64,000 nt of DNA, taken from Actinomycetota bacterium. GTDB taxonomy: Bacteria > Actinomycetota > Aquicultoria > SKW223. The notes beneath the pieces were generated by a model. The model did no database searches. It was not told the origin of the DNA and saw nothing but the letters and a program-made list of their open reading frames with translations. A program made the position numbers and the translations under genes. Of the stretch, positions 48,130 through 57,973 are shown piece after piece. Every line of letters begins with the position of its first letter. Position 1 is the first letter of the stretch. Location: the NCBI GenBank assembly GCA_026417515.1, contig JAOADC010000061.1, positions 18,074 to 82,073 on the forward strand, written 5' to 3'.

Positions 48130-48981
48130 TTGGCAATCAACTGTGGAATTGTTGTCGATAGCACTTTTGATCTTCCTATCGATTTCTATAAAACAAACAA
48201 TATAGAGGTTGTCTATCTTAGATCGATATTCAGCGATGAAGAAGTTTATAAAGAACATTTAGAGATTTCTCCTGCACAATTCTATGAGAAATTAAAGTCA
48301 GCCAAAAAGTTACCGACAACAAGCCAACCACCTGTTGGAGAGTTTTTAGAGATATATTCAAGGTGTTTGGAAAAGTACGATTTTATACTCAGTCTTCACT
48401 TACCTGAAACTTTAAGTGGAACAATGAATTCTGCGCGCACTGCCGCTGATGAAATTGATGGAGAAATATACGTGAAATCCACTATGAGCGTCTCAATTGG
48501 TTCTGCCCAGATTCTTGAGCAAGTTTTGAGATTAAGAGAAGAAGAAAATGATAAAAAGAGATTCCTTGAAAAAGTAGACGAGTTAGTTGATAACCAGTTC
48601 TTACTAGGAATGCTTCCAACGCTTGATTACCTGGAAAAAGGTGGCCGAATAGGAAAGGCACAAGCACTTCTTGGCAGTCTACTTGACTTCAAACCATTGC
48701 TTGCCGTGAAGGATGGTGTGGTAATCCCACTAGGTCGGGCAAGAGGTGAGAAGAAAGGTTTTAAGGAGTTGGCTGAACACATTGAAAATTTTGCTTCTGG
48801 ATCTAAAGTATCTCTTCTTTTCGGATATGGAGAAATCCCTGAAAAAACCGAAAAATTCAGAGAATATCTGAAAACAACTGAAATTGATTTTGTTGATAAG
48901 GGCATTGTTCAAATTGGACCTGTCATCGGTACTTATCTTGGACCAGAGGTAATTATGGTTTCTGTGTTGAAAATTGCATAG
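48130..48981 (+). CDS. DegV-family fatty-acid-binding protein
   Basis: TTG start. DegV N-terminus (IVVDSTFDLP) and family length. Confidence 0.8.
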   Translation: MAINCGIVVDSTFDLPIDFYKTNNIEVVYLRSIFSDEEVYKEHLEISPAQFYEKLKSAKKLPTTSQPPVGEFLEIYSRCLEKYDFILSLHLPETLSGTMNSARTAADEIDGEIYVKSTMSVSIGSAQILEQVLRLREEENDKKRFLEKVDELVDNQFLLGMLPTLDYLEKGGRIGKAQALLGSLLDFKPLLAVKDGVVIPLGRARGEKKGFKELAEHIENFASGSKVSLLFGYGEIPEKTEKFREYLKTTEIDFVDKGIVQIGPVIGTYLGPEVIMVSVLKIA

Positions 48982-48984
48982 AAA

Positions 48985-51054
48985 ATGGAGCTTACATTAG
49001 ACGCTCCAATTCAATCCATTCCTTCTATCGGAAAAAGAATTGCTAAAACATTGAGCCAACGTAACATAAATACTGTTGGAGACCTTCTATATTTCTTTCC
49101 GAGAAAATATTTAGATCGCTCAAGGATTGTTAAGATTGGAGAAATTCAGGCAGGACAGGAAATAACCTGCCTTGGAGTAGTTAGGTCAGTTGAAACTAGA
49201 AAAGCAGGCAAATTAAAAATTACTCAGGCTATACTTTATGATGGTACCGGCTATCTCTTTCTTATCTGGTTTGGTGAAAGAAAAATTGAAAAAATAATAG
49301 ACAGAGATTCAAAAATCTCTGTAAGCGGGAAGGTTACCTATTATAAGGGTAGACTTCAAATAGAAAATCCTGAATTTGAAGTTATTGAAGATGAATCAAC
49401 TCTTAATCTTTTAAATACAGGAAAGATAGTGCCTGTTTATCCAAGTATTTCAAATGTATCACAAAAATTTCTTAGAAAACTCGTGCTTAACGCCCTGGAA
49501 AAGACGTATATTTCAGAAATATTGCCTGCTGAAGTGGTTATTAATGAAGAACTTTTGCCACGACACAATGCGTTTTATGAGGTCCATTTTCCTGAGAATA
49601 ATCAATTGCTTGAAAGAGCCTTATACAGGTTCAGATTTGAAGAAATTTTTATCTTGCAGACTGCGCTTGCCCATCTCAAATTCAATTACCAAAAACCAGA
49701 TGCAGGTATTGCCCATTCTGGAAGCAAAGAACTTGTCGATAAATTTATCAGTTCGCTTGGTGTTTTGCTTACTGAATCCCAGAGACAGGCTATCGATGAA
49801 ATTATCAGCGACTTAAAAAACAGTAAGCCAATGAACAGACTACTTCAGGGTGAGGTTGGTTCCGGTAAAACCATAGTTGCACTTTCTGCTGCTCTTTTTG
49901 TTGCTTCTGGTGGTTTTCAGGTCGCCTTTATGGCACCAACAGAGATACTCGCACAGCAACAATTTGATAAGTATGCGCCATTCCTGGAAAACATAGGTAT
50001 TAAATGTGCTCTACTTACAAGTTCAACAAAGGGTCGTCAAAGACAAACCATACTTGAAGGAATCAGGAATGGACATATAAAAATAGTATTTGGTACGCAC
50101 TCCCTCATCTACGATGAAGTCAAATTTAAGAGACTCGGTTTTGTTATCATCGATGAACAGCATAGATTTGGAACAATGCAGAGGCTAATGCTCAGGGAGA
50201 AAGGGAAAAATCCCGATTTACTTATTGTCTCTGCCACTCCAATACCAAGAACACTTGCCCTTACAGTATTTGGAGACCTTGATATTACGAGTTTAAAAGA
50301 AAGACCAACTGGATATGATCTAAAGACACAGGTAAAAACTGTTCACTTAAATACAGATAAGCGCCACATAGCCTATGAACATCTGCGAAAAGAAATTGAA
50401 AACGGGAAAAAGGGTTTTATAGTTGTTCCTTTGGTTGAAGAGTCTGAAAAATTGGAAGCAAAGAGCGTGAAGGATGCTCTTGATTTCGTTCTAAACTATG
50501 TTGATAAGGAACTGATAAGAGTTATTCACGGTAAACAGACATCTCTGGAGAAAATAGAAGCAATAGAGGCTTTTAGAAATGGAACAGCAAGGGTTCTTGT
50601 TTCAACCACAGTGGTGGAAGTAGGCGTGGATGTACCTGATGCAACAGTTATGATAATCGAAAATGCGGAAAGATTTGGATTATCGCAGTTGCATCAGTTA
50701 AGGGGTAGGGTTGGCAGAGGCAAGGATAAGGCAGTTGTTTATGCTATAAGCGACCTGCCAACAGAAGAATCTGCATTGAGAATAGATGCTTTTGTCAACA
50801 ACTTCGATGGATTTAAACTGGCTGAAGAAGATCTTCGATTGCGAGGAGAGGGTGATATTTTTGGCTACAGACAGTCAGGCCCATCAGGCTTAAAATTTGC
50901 TCAGTATGCAAGGGACTTAGAGTTGTTGGAAAAAATCAGAGGATTGAGTTTTAACTATTACCTAAGATTTAATGACAATAACAATTCGGTTAAAATGATT
51001 TTAAAGGAAGCATTAAATAGATATTCCAATATGGAGCTGGCACTGAAAGCATGA
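48985..51054 (+). CDS. recG: ATP-dependent DNA helicase RecG
   Basis: Wedge/OB N-domain, helicase motifs GEVGSGKT and DEQHRFG, and QLHQLRGRVGRG. Confidence 0.95.
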   Translation: MELTLDAPIQSIPSIGKRIAKTLSQRNINTVGDLLYFFPRKYLDRSRIVKIGEIQAGQEITCLGVVRSVETRKAGKLKITQAILYDGTGYLFLIWFGERKIEKIIDRDSKISVSGKVTYYKGRLQIENPEFEVIEDESTLNLLNTGKIVPVYPSISNVSQKFLRKLVLNALEKTYISEILPAEVVINEELLPRHNAFYEVHFPENNQLLERALYRFRFEEIFILQTALAHLKFNYQKPDAGIAHSGSKELVDKFISSLGVLLTESQRQAIDEIISDLKNSKPMNRLLQGEVGSGKTIVALSAALFVASGGFQVAFMAPTEILAQQQFDKYAPFLENIGIKCALLTSSTKGRQRQTILEGIRNGHIKIVFGTHSLIYDEVKFKRLGFVIIDEQHRFGTMQRLMLREKGKNPDLLIVSATPIPRTLALTVFGDLDITSLKERPTGYDLKTQVKTVHLNTDKRHIAYEHLRKEIENGKKGFIVVPLVEESEKLEAKSVKDALDFVLNYVDKELIRVIHGKQTSLEKIEAIEAFRNGTARVLVSTTVVEVGVDVPDATVMIIENAERFGLSQLHQLRGRVGRGKDKAVVYAISDLPTEESALRIDAFVNNFDGFKLAEEDLRLRGEGDIFGYRQSGPSGLKFAQYARDLELLEKIRGLSFNYYLRFNDNNNSVKMILKEALNRYSNMELALKA

Positions 51055-51608
51055 TAAGAATACAGTCAGGCGAAGATAAAGGAAAAGATTTAAAGATGCC
51101 AAAAACACCTACTTTACGCCCCAGTTCAAATAAGGTAAGAGAGGCACTTGTTGATATACTACGATCAAAAGGCATCCTACTCGGTGCTGATGTTCTTGAT
51201 ATTTATGCAGGGACCGGAGCAGTCGGATTTGAACTTCTCTCTAATGGCGCAAAGGAAGTAGTTTTTGTTGAAAAATCAAGGGTCGGGCAGCAAACAATAA
51301 TTGAGAATGCGCAAAAACTTAAGAAGAGCGAAAGAATTTTGGTTATAAAGGATGAAGCTTTAAAAGCACTCGAAAATCTAAAAAAAGAAGGCAAGAAATT
51401 TAATATCATTTACGCTGATCCACCTTACAATATTTCAGATGATGAATTACAGGCAATAGAGGAACATATTGTTGATCTTCTTTCTAAAGAGGGTTTATTT
51501 GTTTTAGAGCATTCTTCAAAAAGGACCTTTAACCCAAAATATCTCATAACTTTGACTCAAAAGAAATACGGTGATACAATGCTTACCTTTTACGGAAGGG
51601 CAGGTTGA
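51051..51608 (+). CDS. rsmD: 16S rRNA (guanine966-N2)-methyltransferase
   Basis: DIYAGTGAVGFE SAM motif and the YADPPY substrate motif. Confidence 0.9.
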   Translation: MIRIQSGEDKGKDLKMPKTPTLRPSSNKVREALVDILRSKGILLGADVLDIYAGTGAVGFELLSNGAKEVVFVEKSRVGQQTIIENAQKLKKSERILVIKDEALKALENLKKEGKKFNIIYADPPYNISDDELQAIEEHIVDLLSKEGLFVLEHSSKRTFNPKYLITLTQKKYGDTMLTFYGRAG

Positions 51609-52114
51609 TTTCTTTGGAAAGGGTAACTGAAGTTGCAATCGTGCCCGGAAGTTTTGATCCCATAACTTATGGTCATATAGATATAATTGAACGCGCAGCC
51701 TATATCTTTGATAAAGTAGTAGTTGGTGTAGCAGTAAATCCTGAAAAGAAACCTTTATTCACTTTAGAAGAGAGAGTAAAGTTTATCACAGATGTATTTG
51801 AGAGTTCTTCAAAGATAGAGGTTAAAAGTTATAACAAATTGCTAACTGATTTTGCTCTGGAAAACAACGCAAAGATAATTATAAGAGGTTTGAGGGCTGT
51901 ATCTGATTTTGAGAGGGAGTTTCAGATTGCTCAGTTCATAAAGAAATTAAATCCTACTCTTGAAGTTATGTTCTTGATGAGTTCTCCAGAGTATATGTAT
52001 CTTTCATCAAGTGCAGTAAAGGAAATAGCTGAATTTGGAGGTTGTCTCAAGGGTCTTGTTCCAAACAACGTTGAAAAAGCTCTGATGAAAATATATCAGG
52101 AAGGCAGGAGGTAA
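51605..52114 (+). CDS. coaD: phosphopantetheine adenylyltransferase
   Basis: AIVPGSFDPITYGHIDII (the HxGH-type T/HxGH motif). Confidence 0.95.
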   Translation: MISLERVTEVAIVPGSFDPITYGHIDIIERAAYIFDKVVVGVAVNPEKKPLFTLEERVKFITDVFESSSKIEVKSYNKLLTDFALENNAKIIIRGLRAVSDFEREFQIAQFIKKLNPTLEVMFLMSSPEYMYLSSSAVKEIAEFGGCLKGLVPNNVEKALMKIYQEGRR

Positions 52115-52117
52115 AAA

Positions 52118-52576
52118 ATGGATATAATGGAACTTATCGATAAAATTGAGGAAGTTATAGCTAATGCAACTAAGGTGCCGCTTTCAAACAAGGTTTTGGT
52201 TGATCAGGAAGAGATATTTCAGCTGATAGATAATCTAAGAGAGGCTGTTCCTGCAGAAATTAAGGAAGCGCGCTGGATTATCAGGCAGAAGCAGCAACAA
52301 CTTGAAGAAGCACAGAAGGAAGCTCAACGTATCATTGCAGAAGCCAAAGAGAAATCCCAAAGACTTGCTTCTGAAAGCGAGATTGTGAAGGAAGCCAAGC
52401 GTCAGGCGCAAGAAATTATCGAAAATGCAAGGGCAAAAGAAAGGGAGATAAGAAACGCTGCTGAAGATTATGCAGATGAGATGCTTGCTAACCTTGAGGC
52501 AAACCTGGGGAAGATGCTTGCTACAGTTCAGCGAGGTAGAGAAAGACTTCAGAGCAAGATAACACCAAGAGAATAA
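52118..52576 (+). CDS. hypothetical charged coiled-coil protein
   Basis: 152 aa, strongly E/K/A/Q-rich, with two repeat-like blocks (AQKEAQRIIAEAKEK / AKRQAQEIIENARAKE). No enzymatic motif. Confidence 0.5.
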   Translation: MDIMELIDKIEEVIANATKVPLSNKVLVDQEEIFQLIDNLREAVPAEIKEARWIIRQKQQQLEEAQKEAQRIIAEAKEKSQRLASESEIVKEAKRQAQEIIENARAKEREIRNAAEDYADEMLANLEANLGKMLATVQRGRERLQSKITPRE

Positions 52577-52594
52577 TTCTTCTTTTTTATCTTT

Positions 52595-53131
52595 TTGAAG
52601 GTGATCGGAATGAAAATTATCATTAATGTAAAAAAACTTTATGATTATGAGGAAGTCTATCAGGAAGAAGAGTCTGATTACGAACTCGAAGATTTTGAAT
52701 TGTTCAGCGAGGCTGTCAAACTGAAGGGCCCTGCACACGTTTCTTTTCGCCTATCACGGGTTAGATCAGGAATAATCTTGGATGGCAGAATGGATGCAAG
52801 AGTTGAACTGACCTGTGTTAGATGTTTAAAAAGATTTGAAAAGGATGTAGAGGCAGAGATGCATGAAGCCTTTGCAATCCCTGGATTTGAAGAAAACTTC
52901 GAAGGATTTGATGATGTCTATATGATAGAAAGGCAGTCTGAAATAGATATTGAACCTGCCCTTCATTCCAATCTTGTTGTGAGCATACCGTCAAATCCGA
53001 TCTGTAATGAAGCATGCAAAGGTATCTGCGAAGGCTGCGGTGCAGACCTTAACACTGAAACCTGTGCTTGCAAGAAAGAAGAAATAGATCCTAGACTTGA
53101 AATCTTGAAAAAACTTAAAGATTCGTTATAA
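52595..53131 (+). CDS. yceD: YceD/YlbN (DUF177) family protein
   Basis: Acidic N-terminus and C-terminal cysteine pairs (CVRCL...CEGCGADLN). Conserved position immediately upstream of rpmF. Confidence 0.8.
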   Translation: MKVIGMKIIINVKKLYDYEEVYQEEESDYELEDFELFSEAVKLKGPAHVSFRLSRVRSGIILDGRMDARVELTCVRCLKRFEKDVEAEMHEAFAIPGFEENFEGFDDVYMIERQSEIDIEPALHSNLVVSIPSNPICNEACKGICEGCGADLNTETCACKKEEIDPRLEILKKLKDSL

Positions 53132-53175
53132 GATTTATGTTCTTTTGAAATAATCATAAACAAGGAGGTTTTTCT

Positions 53176-53355
53176 ATGGCAGTACCAAAGAGGAGAACAA
53201 GTAGAGCAAAAAGAGATATGCGTAGAAGACAAAACGAAAGATTGTTCATACCATCGTTAAGTAGTTGCCCTCAGTGTGGTTCACCCAAACTTCCACATCG
53301 CGTCTGCCCAAACTGTGGAACCTATAAAAATAGGTCAGTAATTGAAACAGAATAA
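53176..53355 (+). CDS. rpmF: 50S ribosomal protein L32
   Basis: MAVPKRRTSRAKRDMRRR plus a CxxC...CxxC zinc ribbon (CPQCG...CPNCG). 59 aa, so below the ORF-track cutoff. AAGGAGG RBS. Confidence 0.9.
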   Translation: MAVPKRRTSRAKRDMRRRQNERLFIPSLSSCPQCGSPKLPHRVCPNCGTYKNRSVIETE

Positions 53356-53370
53356 TGAGGTTGTAGCAGA

Positions 53371-54417
53371 ATGCAACCTCAGATAAGCATCATTATTGAC
53401 CTTTTAGGTTCAGACAATTCACCTAAAACTGAGGCTGAAGCAATAAAACTTTTTTTAAAATCTACTGAACCTGAACTTCTTAATGTGAAGTTAATTGCCG
53501 TTGGAAATGAATCTTCTTTAAATCTTCTACCAGAAGACGAAAGAATTGAAAAGGTTTATGCTTCAAAAGGCGTTCCTATGAACGTCCAGCCTGCTTTTGC
53601 CCTTCGTAATCTCAAGGATTCCACGATGGCAATTGGAATAGATCTCCTTTCACAGGGACGTGGTGATGTTTTCTTAAGCGCTGGAAATACAGGAGCTGTT
53701 CTTGCTTTCTCTCTAAAATACTTAAAGAGACTTGAAGGTATAGATAGACCAGGAATTATGATTGTCTTACCGAAGCCACTGGGCCATAAGATAATCATCG
53801 ATTGCGGTGCAAACTCAGATTGCAAACCTGATTTCTTTGTAGGATTTGCAAAACTTGGTATGGCTGCAGCAAAGTCGCTTTTTGGAAAGGAGAATCCGTC
53901 AGTAGGTCTTTTGAATCTTGGAGAGGAGAAAGAGAAGGGAGATAAGCTTCGAAAAGAAGCATATGAAAAACTCGAGACGCTTGGTGAGTCTTTTTATGGA
54001 AACTTGGAGCCACACGACCTTTTTCATTCTTCTGTCGATGTGGTTGTAACTGATGGATTTACAGGAAACATACTGCTAAAAACCCTTGAAGGTTCTTTTG
54101 ATTTTCTTATGCGATATTTAAAAAGAACATTAAGCAGTGGAAATATTCTTCAATCTCTTGCTGTCCTGGTTTTAAAACCTGTTTTAAAGAATGCTTTTAA
54201 GGAATTTGAGTATCAAACCTATGGTGCAGCACTCCTTGCTGGACTTAGCCATCCAGTGCTCATAGCACATGGAAGAAGCGACAAAAATGCCATTCTAAAT
54301 GCACTGAAGTATGCAGTTAAGGCATCAGAAATCCAATCGGAGATAAAAGCCCAGTTTGGAAACAAAGAAGAAATAAAGGTGCAGCCACAAAGGAAGAAGG
54401 GTACTCTATTTGACTAG
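53371..54417 (+). CDS. plsX: phosphate acyltransferase PlsX
   Basis: PlsX N-terminus (ISIIIDLLGSDNSPK) and the downstream conserved GNTGA. Confidence 0.9.
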   Translation: MQPQISIIIDLLGSDNSPKTEAEAIKLFLKSTEPELLNVKLIAVGNESSLNLLPEDERIEKVYASKGVPMNVQPAFALRNLKDSTMAIGIDLLSQGRGDVFLSAGNTGAVLAFSLKYLKRLEGIDRPGIMIVLPKPLGHKIIIDCGANSDCKPDFFVGFAKLGMAAAKSLFGKENPSVGLLNLGEEKEKGDKLRKEAYEKLETLGESFYGNLEPHDLFHSSVDVVVTDGFTGNILLKTLEGSFDFLMRYLKRTLSSGNILQSLAVLVLKPVLKNAFKEFEYQTYGAALLAGLSHPVLIAHGRSDKNAILNALKYAVKASEIQSEIKAQFGNKEEIKVQPQRKKGTLFD

Positions 54418-55030
54418 ATTTCTCACCGATCTTAAATCTTTTGAATATATTGTTGGCGCAGATGAAGTCGGCAGAGGTTGCCTGGCAGGGCCTTTGGTAT
54501 CTTCTGCAGTTCTCATCGAAGGAACTAAAATTACTGAGATAATTGAGGCAAGAGATTCTAAACAGCAGAATCATATTCAGAGAAAAAATAATTTAAGAAA
54601 GTTTATTTCAGATATAACTGCTTTTTCTGTTGTGAGTATACCTGCAAGGATCATCGATGAAATCGGCGTCAATCAAGCAAATAGAATGGCCATCGAAATT
54701 GCTGTTAAAGATGTCCTTAATTTTTCTCGTGGTAAAAGAACCCTTGTTATAGTAGATCACATAAACATAGTCTTACAAGATAGAACAATAGAAGTTATTT
54801 CCATTCCAAAAGCCGATGCAGAGTTCAAACCTGTCTCTCTTGCATCAACCTTGGCAAAAGTTCTGAGAGATCTTACACTTTCTTGTTTAGAAGAAGAATT
54901 CTCTCAATTCTCTTTCTCAAAACACAAAGGATATGGAACGCATAAGCATCTGACAGAGATAGAAGTTAGCGAAGAAACTGTGATTCACAGAAAATCTTTC
55001 AGACCAATCCAACAGAAACGATTGTTCTAA
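54410..55030 (+). CDS. rnhB: ribonuclease HII
   Basis: VGADEVGRGCLAGPLV active-site region. Confidence 0.9.
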   Translation: MTRFLTDLKSFEYIVGADEVGRGCLAGPLVSSAVLIEGTKITEIIEARDSKQQNHIQRKNNLRKFISDITAFSVVSIPARIIDEIGVNQANRMAIEIAVKDVLNFSRGKRTLVIVDHINIVLQDRTIEVISIPKADAEFKPVSLASTLAKVLRDLTLSCLEEEFSQFSFSKHKGYGTHKHLTEIEVSEETVIHRKSFRPIQQKRLF

Positions 55031-55092
55031 TTAGACAAGATATTTTTGCTATTAAATACAGTTTATAGTTCGATTATCCTTTATTTTTCAAA

Positions 55093-55689
55093 GTGGTATT
55101 TAAGTCAAATCTTATTCTTGAAGTAAATATACCGCCTCAAAGTCCGAACCCATTAAATGAACACTGTTTGCTTTTTATGATTGATAGTTTATTAAGCAAA
55201 GAAGAAAACCAGTTTCTCAGAAAATTTTCGAGAAAAGCTTTTCTTCATAAGATTACACTTCTTTTCGAAGCAAGATCAGTTTTCTTTTTAAATGACCTGA
55301 TTATGCATCTCTTTTCAGACAAACCAGATTATCTTTCAAATATATTTTTTTTAGAAACATCCAGAGAAAAAGCAATTCCTGATTTACCTTTAAATTTAAT
55401 TAGACCCTACGGAAGAACAGGTGATTTAACTATTGAAAAGATGCTTCAGGCAATTGTGCTGAATGCTAACGTGCAGATATCAGTTCTTATCTTTAAACAT
55501 AGAGACGATAATCAACTAAGGTCAGTCCTTAATCTTCTCTCAGAGATGAATGAGCAACCCCTGGCTCTTCCATCATCACCTTTTTCCAAAGAATACTCTG
55601 GAAATATTCTTGCAATGAAAGAAGGGGCTGAAATCGTTTACTCAACTGATGATATTGTAAGTTTGGTTGTTTCAAGCACCAGGTTATAA
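55093..55689 (+). CDS. hypothetical protein
   Basis: ORF of 170-198 aa. Start is uncertain (GTG at 55093 or ATG at 55177) with no clear RBS and no recognisable motif. Confidence 0.35.
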   Translation: MVFKSNLILEVNIPPQSPNPLNEHCLLFMIDSLLSKEENQFLRKFSRKAFLHKITLLFEARSVFFLNDLIMHLFSDKPDYLSNIFFLETSREKAIPDLPLNLIRPYGRTGDLTIEKMLQAIVLNANVQISVLIFKHRDDNQLRSVLNLLSEMNEQPLALPSSPFSKEYSGNILAMKEGAEIVYSTDDIVSLVVSSTRL

Positions 55690-55727
55690 AATATTGAACC
55701 TGCAAAAAAGATTTGTGGAGTCAGAAA

Positions 55728-57044
55728 ATGCAAGAAAAGACAGCAATCATTATTGGCGGAGGGCTGGCTGGTTCTGAGGCAGCCTTGCAACTCGCAAAAA
55801 GGGGAATAAGGGTCATACTTTACGAAATGAGACCAAAGAAAATGACAGGTGCGCATAGATCAGGAATGCTGGCAGAACTAGTGTGCTCCAATTCCTTTCG
55901 TTCAATTGAACTTTCAAGGGCTGCTGGACTTTTAAAAGCTGAACTGAACATACTTGATTCAGAATTGCTCAAGATATCTTTAAGAACGAGAGTACCGGCA
56001 GGGGTTTCCTTATCTGTTGATAGAGAGGCATTTTCGAGCGAGGTCACAAAATTACTGGAAGAAAATCCTTTGATAGAAATAAGGAGAGAAGAGGTCACTG
56101 AAATACCAGATCAGCGCCCACTTATAGTAGCATCTGGACCACTCACATCAAAGCCTCTTCTTGAAAGTTTGAAAAAGATATTGGGAGATGATTCGTTCCT
56201 TCACTTTTTTGATGCAGTCGCGCCATTAATCTATGCAGAAACCATCGATCTTTCAAAAGCATTCATTCAAGATAGATACGGAAAGGGAGAAGGAAGTTAT
56301 ATCAACTGTCCAATGACAAAAGAAGAATTTGAAAATTTCTACAGGGAAATTCTAAATGCTGAAAAGCATCCTTTAAAAATAGAAGGAGAGGAAAGGTACT
56401 TCGAAGCCTGTCTTCCGATTGAGGAAATGGCAAAGAGAGGAGAAAAGACACTTCTTTTTGGACCTTTAAAACCGGTCGGGATAGTGGAGCCAAGAACTGG
56501 AAAAAGACCTTACGCTGTGGTTCAGTTAAGACAGGATGATGTTGCAAAACAGCTCTACAATATGGTTGGATTTCAAACTAATCTGACCTATAAGGAACAA
56601 AAAAGAATCTTTCGAATGATTCCTGGGCTTCAAAATGCTGAATTTGCTCGATATGGAAAAATGCATTTGAATACCTACATTGAAAGCAACAAACTTCTGA
56701 CACCTTATCTTTCACTTAAAAACGATCCTTCTATCTTCTTTGCAGGGCAGATAACAGGTTCAGAAGGATATGTTGAAGCAATAGCCACAGGCCTTGTCGC
56801 TGCAATAAATGCTTACAGGCTTCTTGTTTCTAAAAAACCAGTAGTCTTGCCAGAGACTACTGCTTTAGGTTCTCTCATTCGATACTTAACATCAGAGGAA
56901 AGAAAGGAAAAACTAGAACCGATGCATGCAAGCTTTGGTCTCCTTCCGCCCTTAGAGAAAAAACTACCAAGGAAGATTCGTTATTTTGCCTACACAGAAA
57001 GGGCAATTAAAGATTTGCTAAATTTTACAAGTAATTTGTTATAA
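55728..57044 (+). CDS. trmFO: methylenetetrahydrofolate--tRNA-(uracil54-C5)-methyltransferase TrmFO (Gid)
   Basis: ATG at 55728. FAD-binding IIGGGLAGSEAA and the GidA-family core (CSNSFRS). Confidence 0.9.
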   Translation: MQEKTAIIIGGGLAGSEAALQLAKRGIRVILYEMRPKKMTGAHRSGMLAELVCSNSFRSIELSRAAGLLKAELNILDSELLKISLRTRVPAGVSLSVDREAFSSEVTKLLEENPLIEIRREEVTEIPDQRPLIVASGPLTSKPLLESLKKILGDDSFLHFFDAVAPLIYAETIDLSKAFIQDRYGKGEGSYINCPMTKEEFENFYREILNAEKHPLKIEGEERYFEACLPIEEMAKRGEKTLLFGPLKPVGIVEPRTGKRPYAVVQLRQDDVAKQLYNMVGFQTNLTYKEQKRIFRMIPGLQNAEFARYGKMHLNTYIESNKLLTPYLSLKNDPSIFFAGQITGSEGYVEAIATGLVAAINAYRLLVSKKPVVLPETTALGSLIRYLTSEERKEKLEPMHASFGLLPPLEKKLPRKIRYFAYTERAIKDLLNFTSNLL

Positions 57045-57051
57045 TCATCGC

Positions 57052-57957
57052 ATGAAGCACCAGAAAACCGATATTTTGCATGCATTTTCAGAATATCTGC
57101 TAAAAATTAAAGGCTATAGTTATCAAACGGTAAAATCATACATTTCTGATTTAAAAATACTTCAGTCTTTTTTAGAAAGACAGGGAATTGACTTAATAGG
57201 TGATGAAAAACTATCTTCGACTCATCTTCGTCGTTTTATTGCACTTCAATCAACTTTGAATCTTTCACCAAAAACAGTTGCAAGAAGAATCGCTGCAATT
57301 AAAAGCTTTTACAGATGGGCTAAAAAATCTGGAATGATATCTAATAATCCTGCTCAAGCTCTTTCAACACCAAAGATTCCATCAAATCTTCCGGTTTTTC
57401 TTTCTGAATCTGAAGCAGAAACGCTATTTGATTCTTTTAATCCAAAGACGTTAAAAGAACACCGCAACCTAATTCTTTTCAAAGTGGTTTATGGATGTGG
57501 TCTAAGAATCTCAGAGGCTTTAAACCTGAAAATTTCTGATTACGATAGTTACTCTTCACAATTTAAAATCAAGGGCAAAGGAAAAAAAGAAAGAATAATA
57601 CCTCTGCCTTATAAATTAAAAGTTGAATTGGAGAACTATCTAAGATCAATAAGACCTGAGTTGTTAGAAGATAGTGCAAATGAATATATTTTTCCTGGAA
57701 AAAAAGAAAACCACCTATCAGATACAGCAGCAAGAAAGAGTTTGAGAAATATGGTATTGAGCGTAGGACTCTCTGCAAAAATTTCACCCCACGCTTTAAG
57801 ACACAGTCTTGCCACACATCTCTTAGCACGAGGAGTAGATGTTAGAATTGTTCAGGAGATTTTAGGACATTCATCGCTTAATACAACACAGGTTTATACT
57901 CATACCGATAAGAGTTGGTTGCAAAGAATTTATATGAAAACTCATCCCAGAAATTGA
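57052..57957 (+). CDS. xerC: tyrosine recombinase XerC (CodV-like)
   Basis: HALRHSLATHLLARGVDVRIVQEILGHSSLNTTQVYTH catalytic motifs. Sits downstream of trmFO, as B. subtilis codV does. Confidence 0.9.
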   Translation: MKHQKTDILHAFSEYLLKIKGYSYQTVKSYISDLKILQSFLERQGIDLIGDEKLSSTHLRRFIALQSTLNLSPKTVARRIAAIKSFYRWAKKSGMISNNPAQALSTPKIPSNLPVFLSESEAETLFDSFNPKTLKEHRNLILFKVVYGCGLRISEALNLKISDYDSYSSQFKIKGKGKKERIIPLPYKLKVELENYLRSIRPELLEDSANEYIFPGKKENHLSDTAARKSLRNMVLSVGLSAKISPHALRHSLATHLLARGVDVRIVQEILGHSSLNTTQVYTHTDKSWLQRIYMKTHPRN

Positions 57958-57973
57958 AGGAGAAGCGGAAGAA

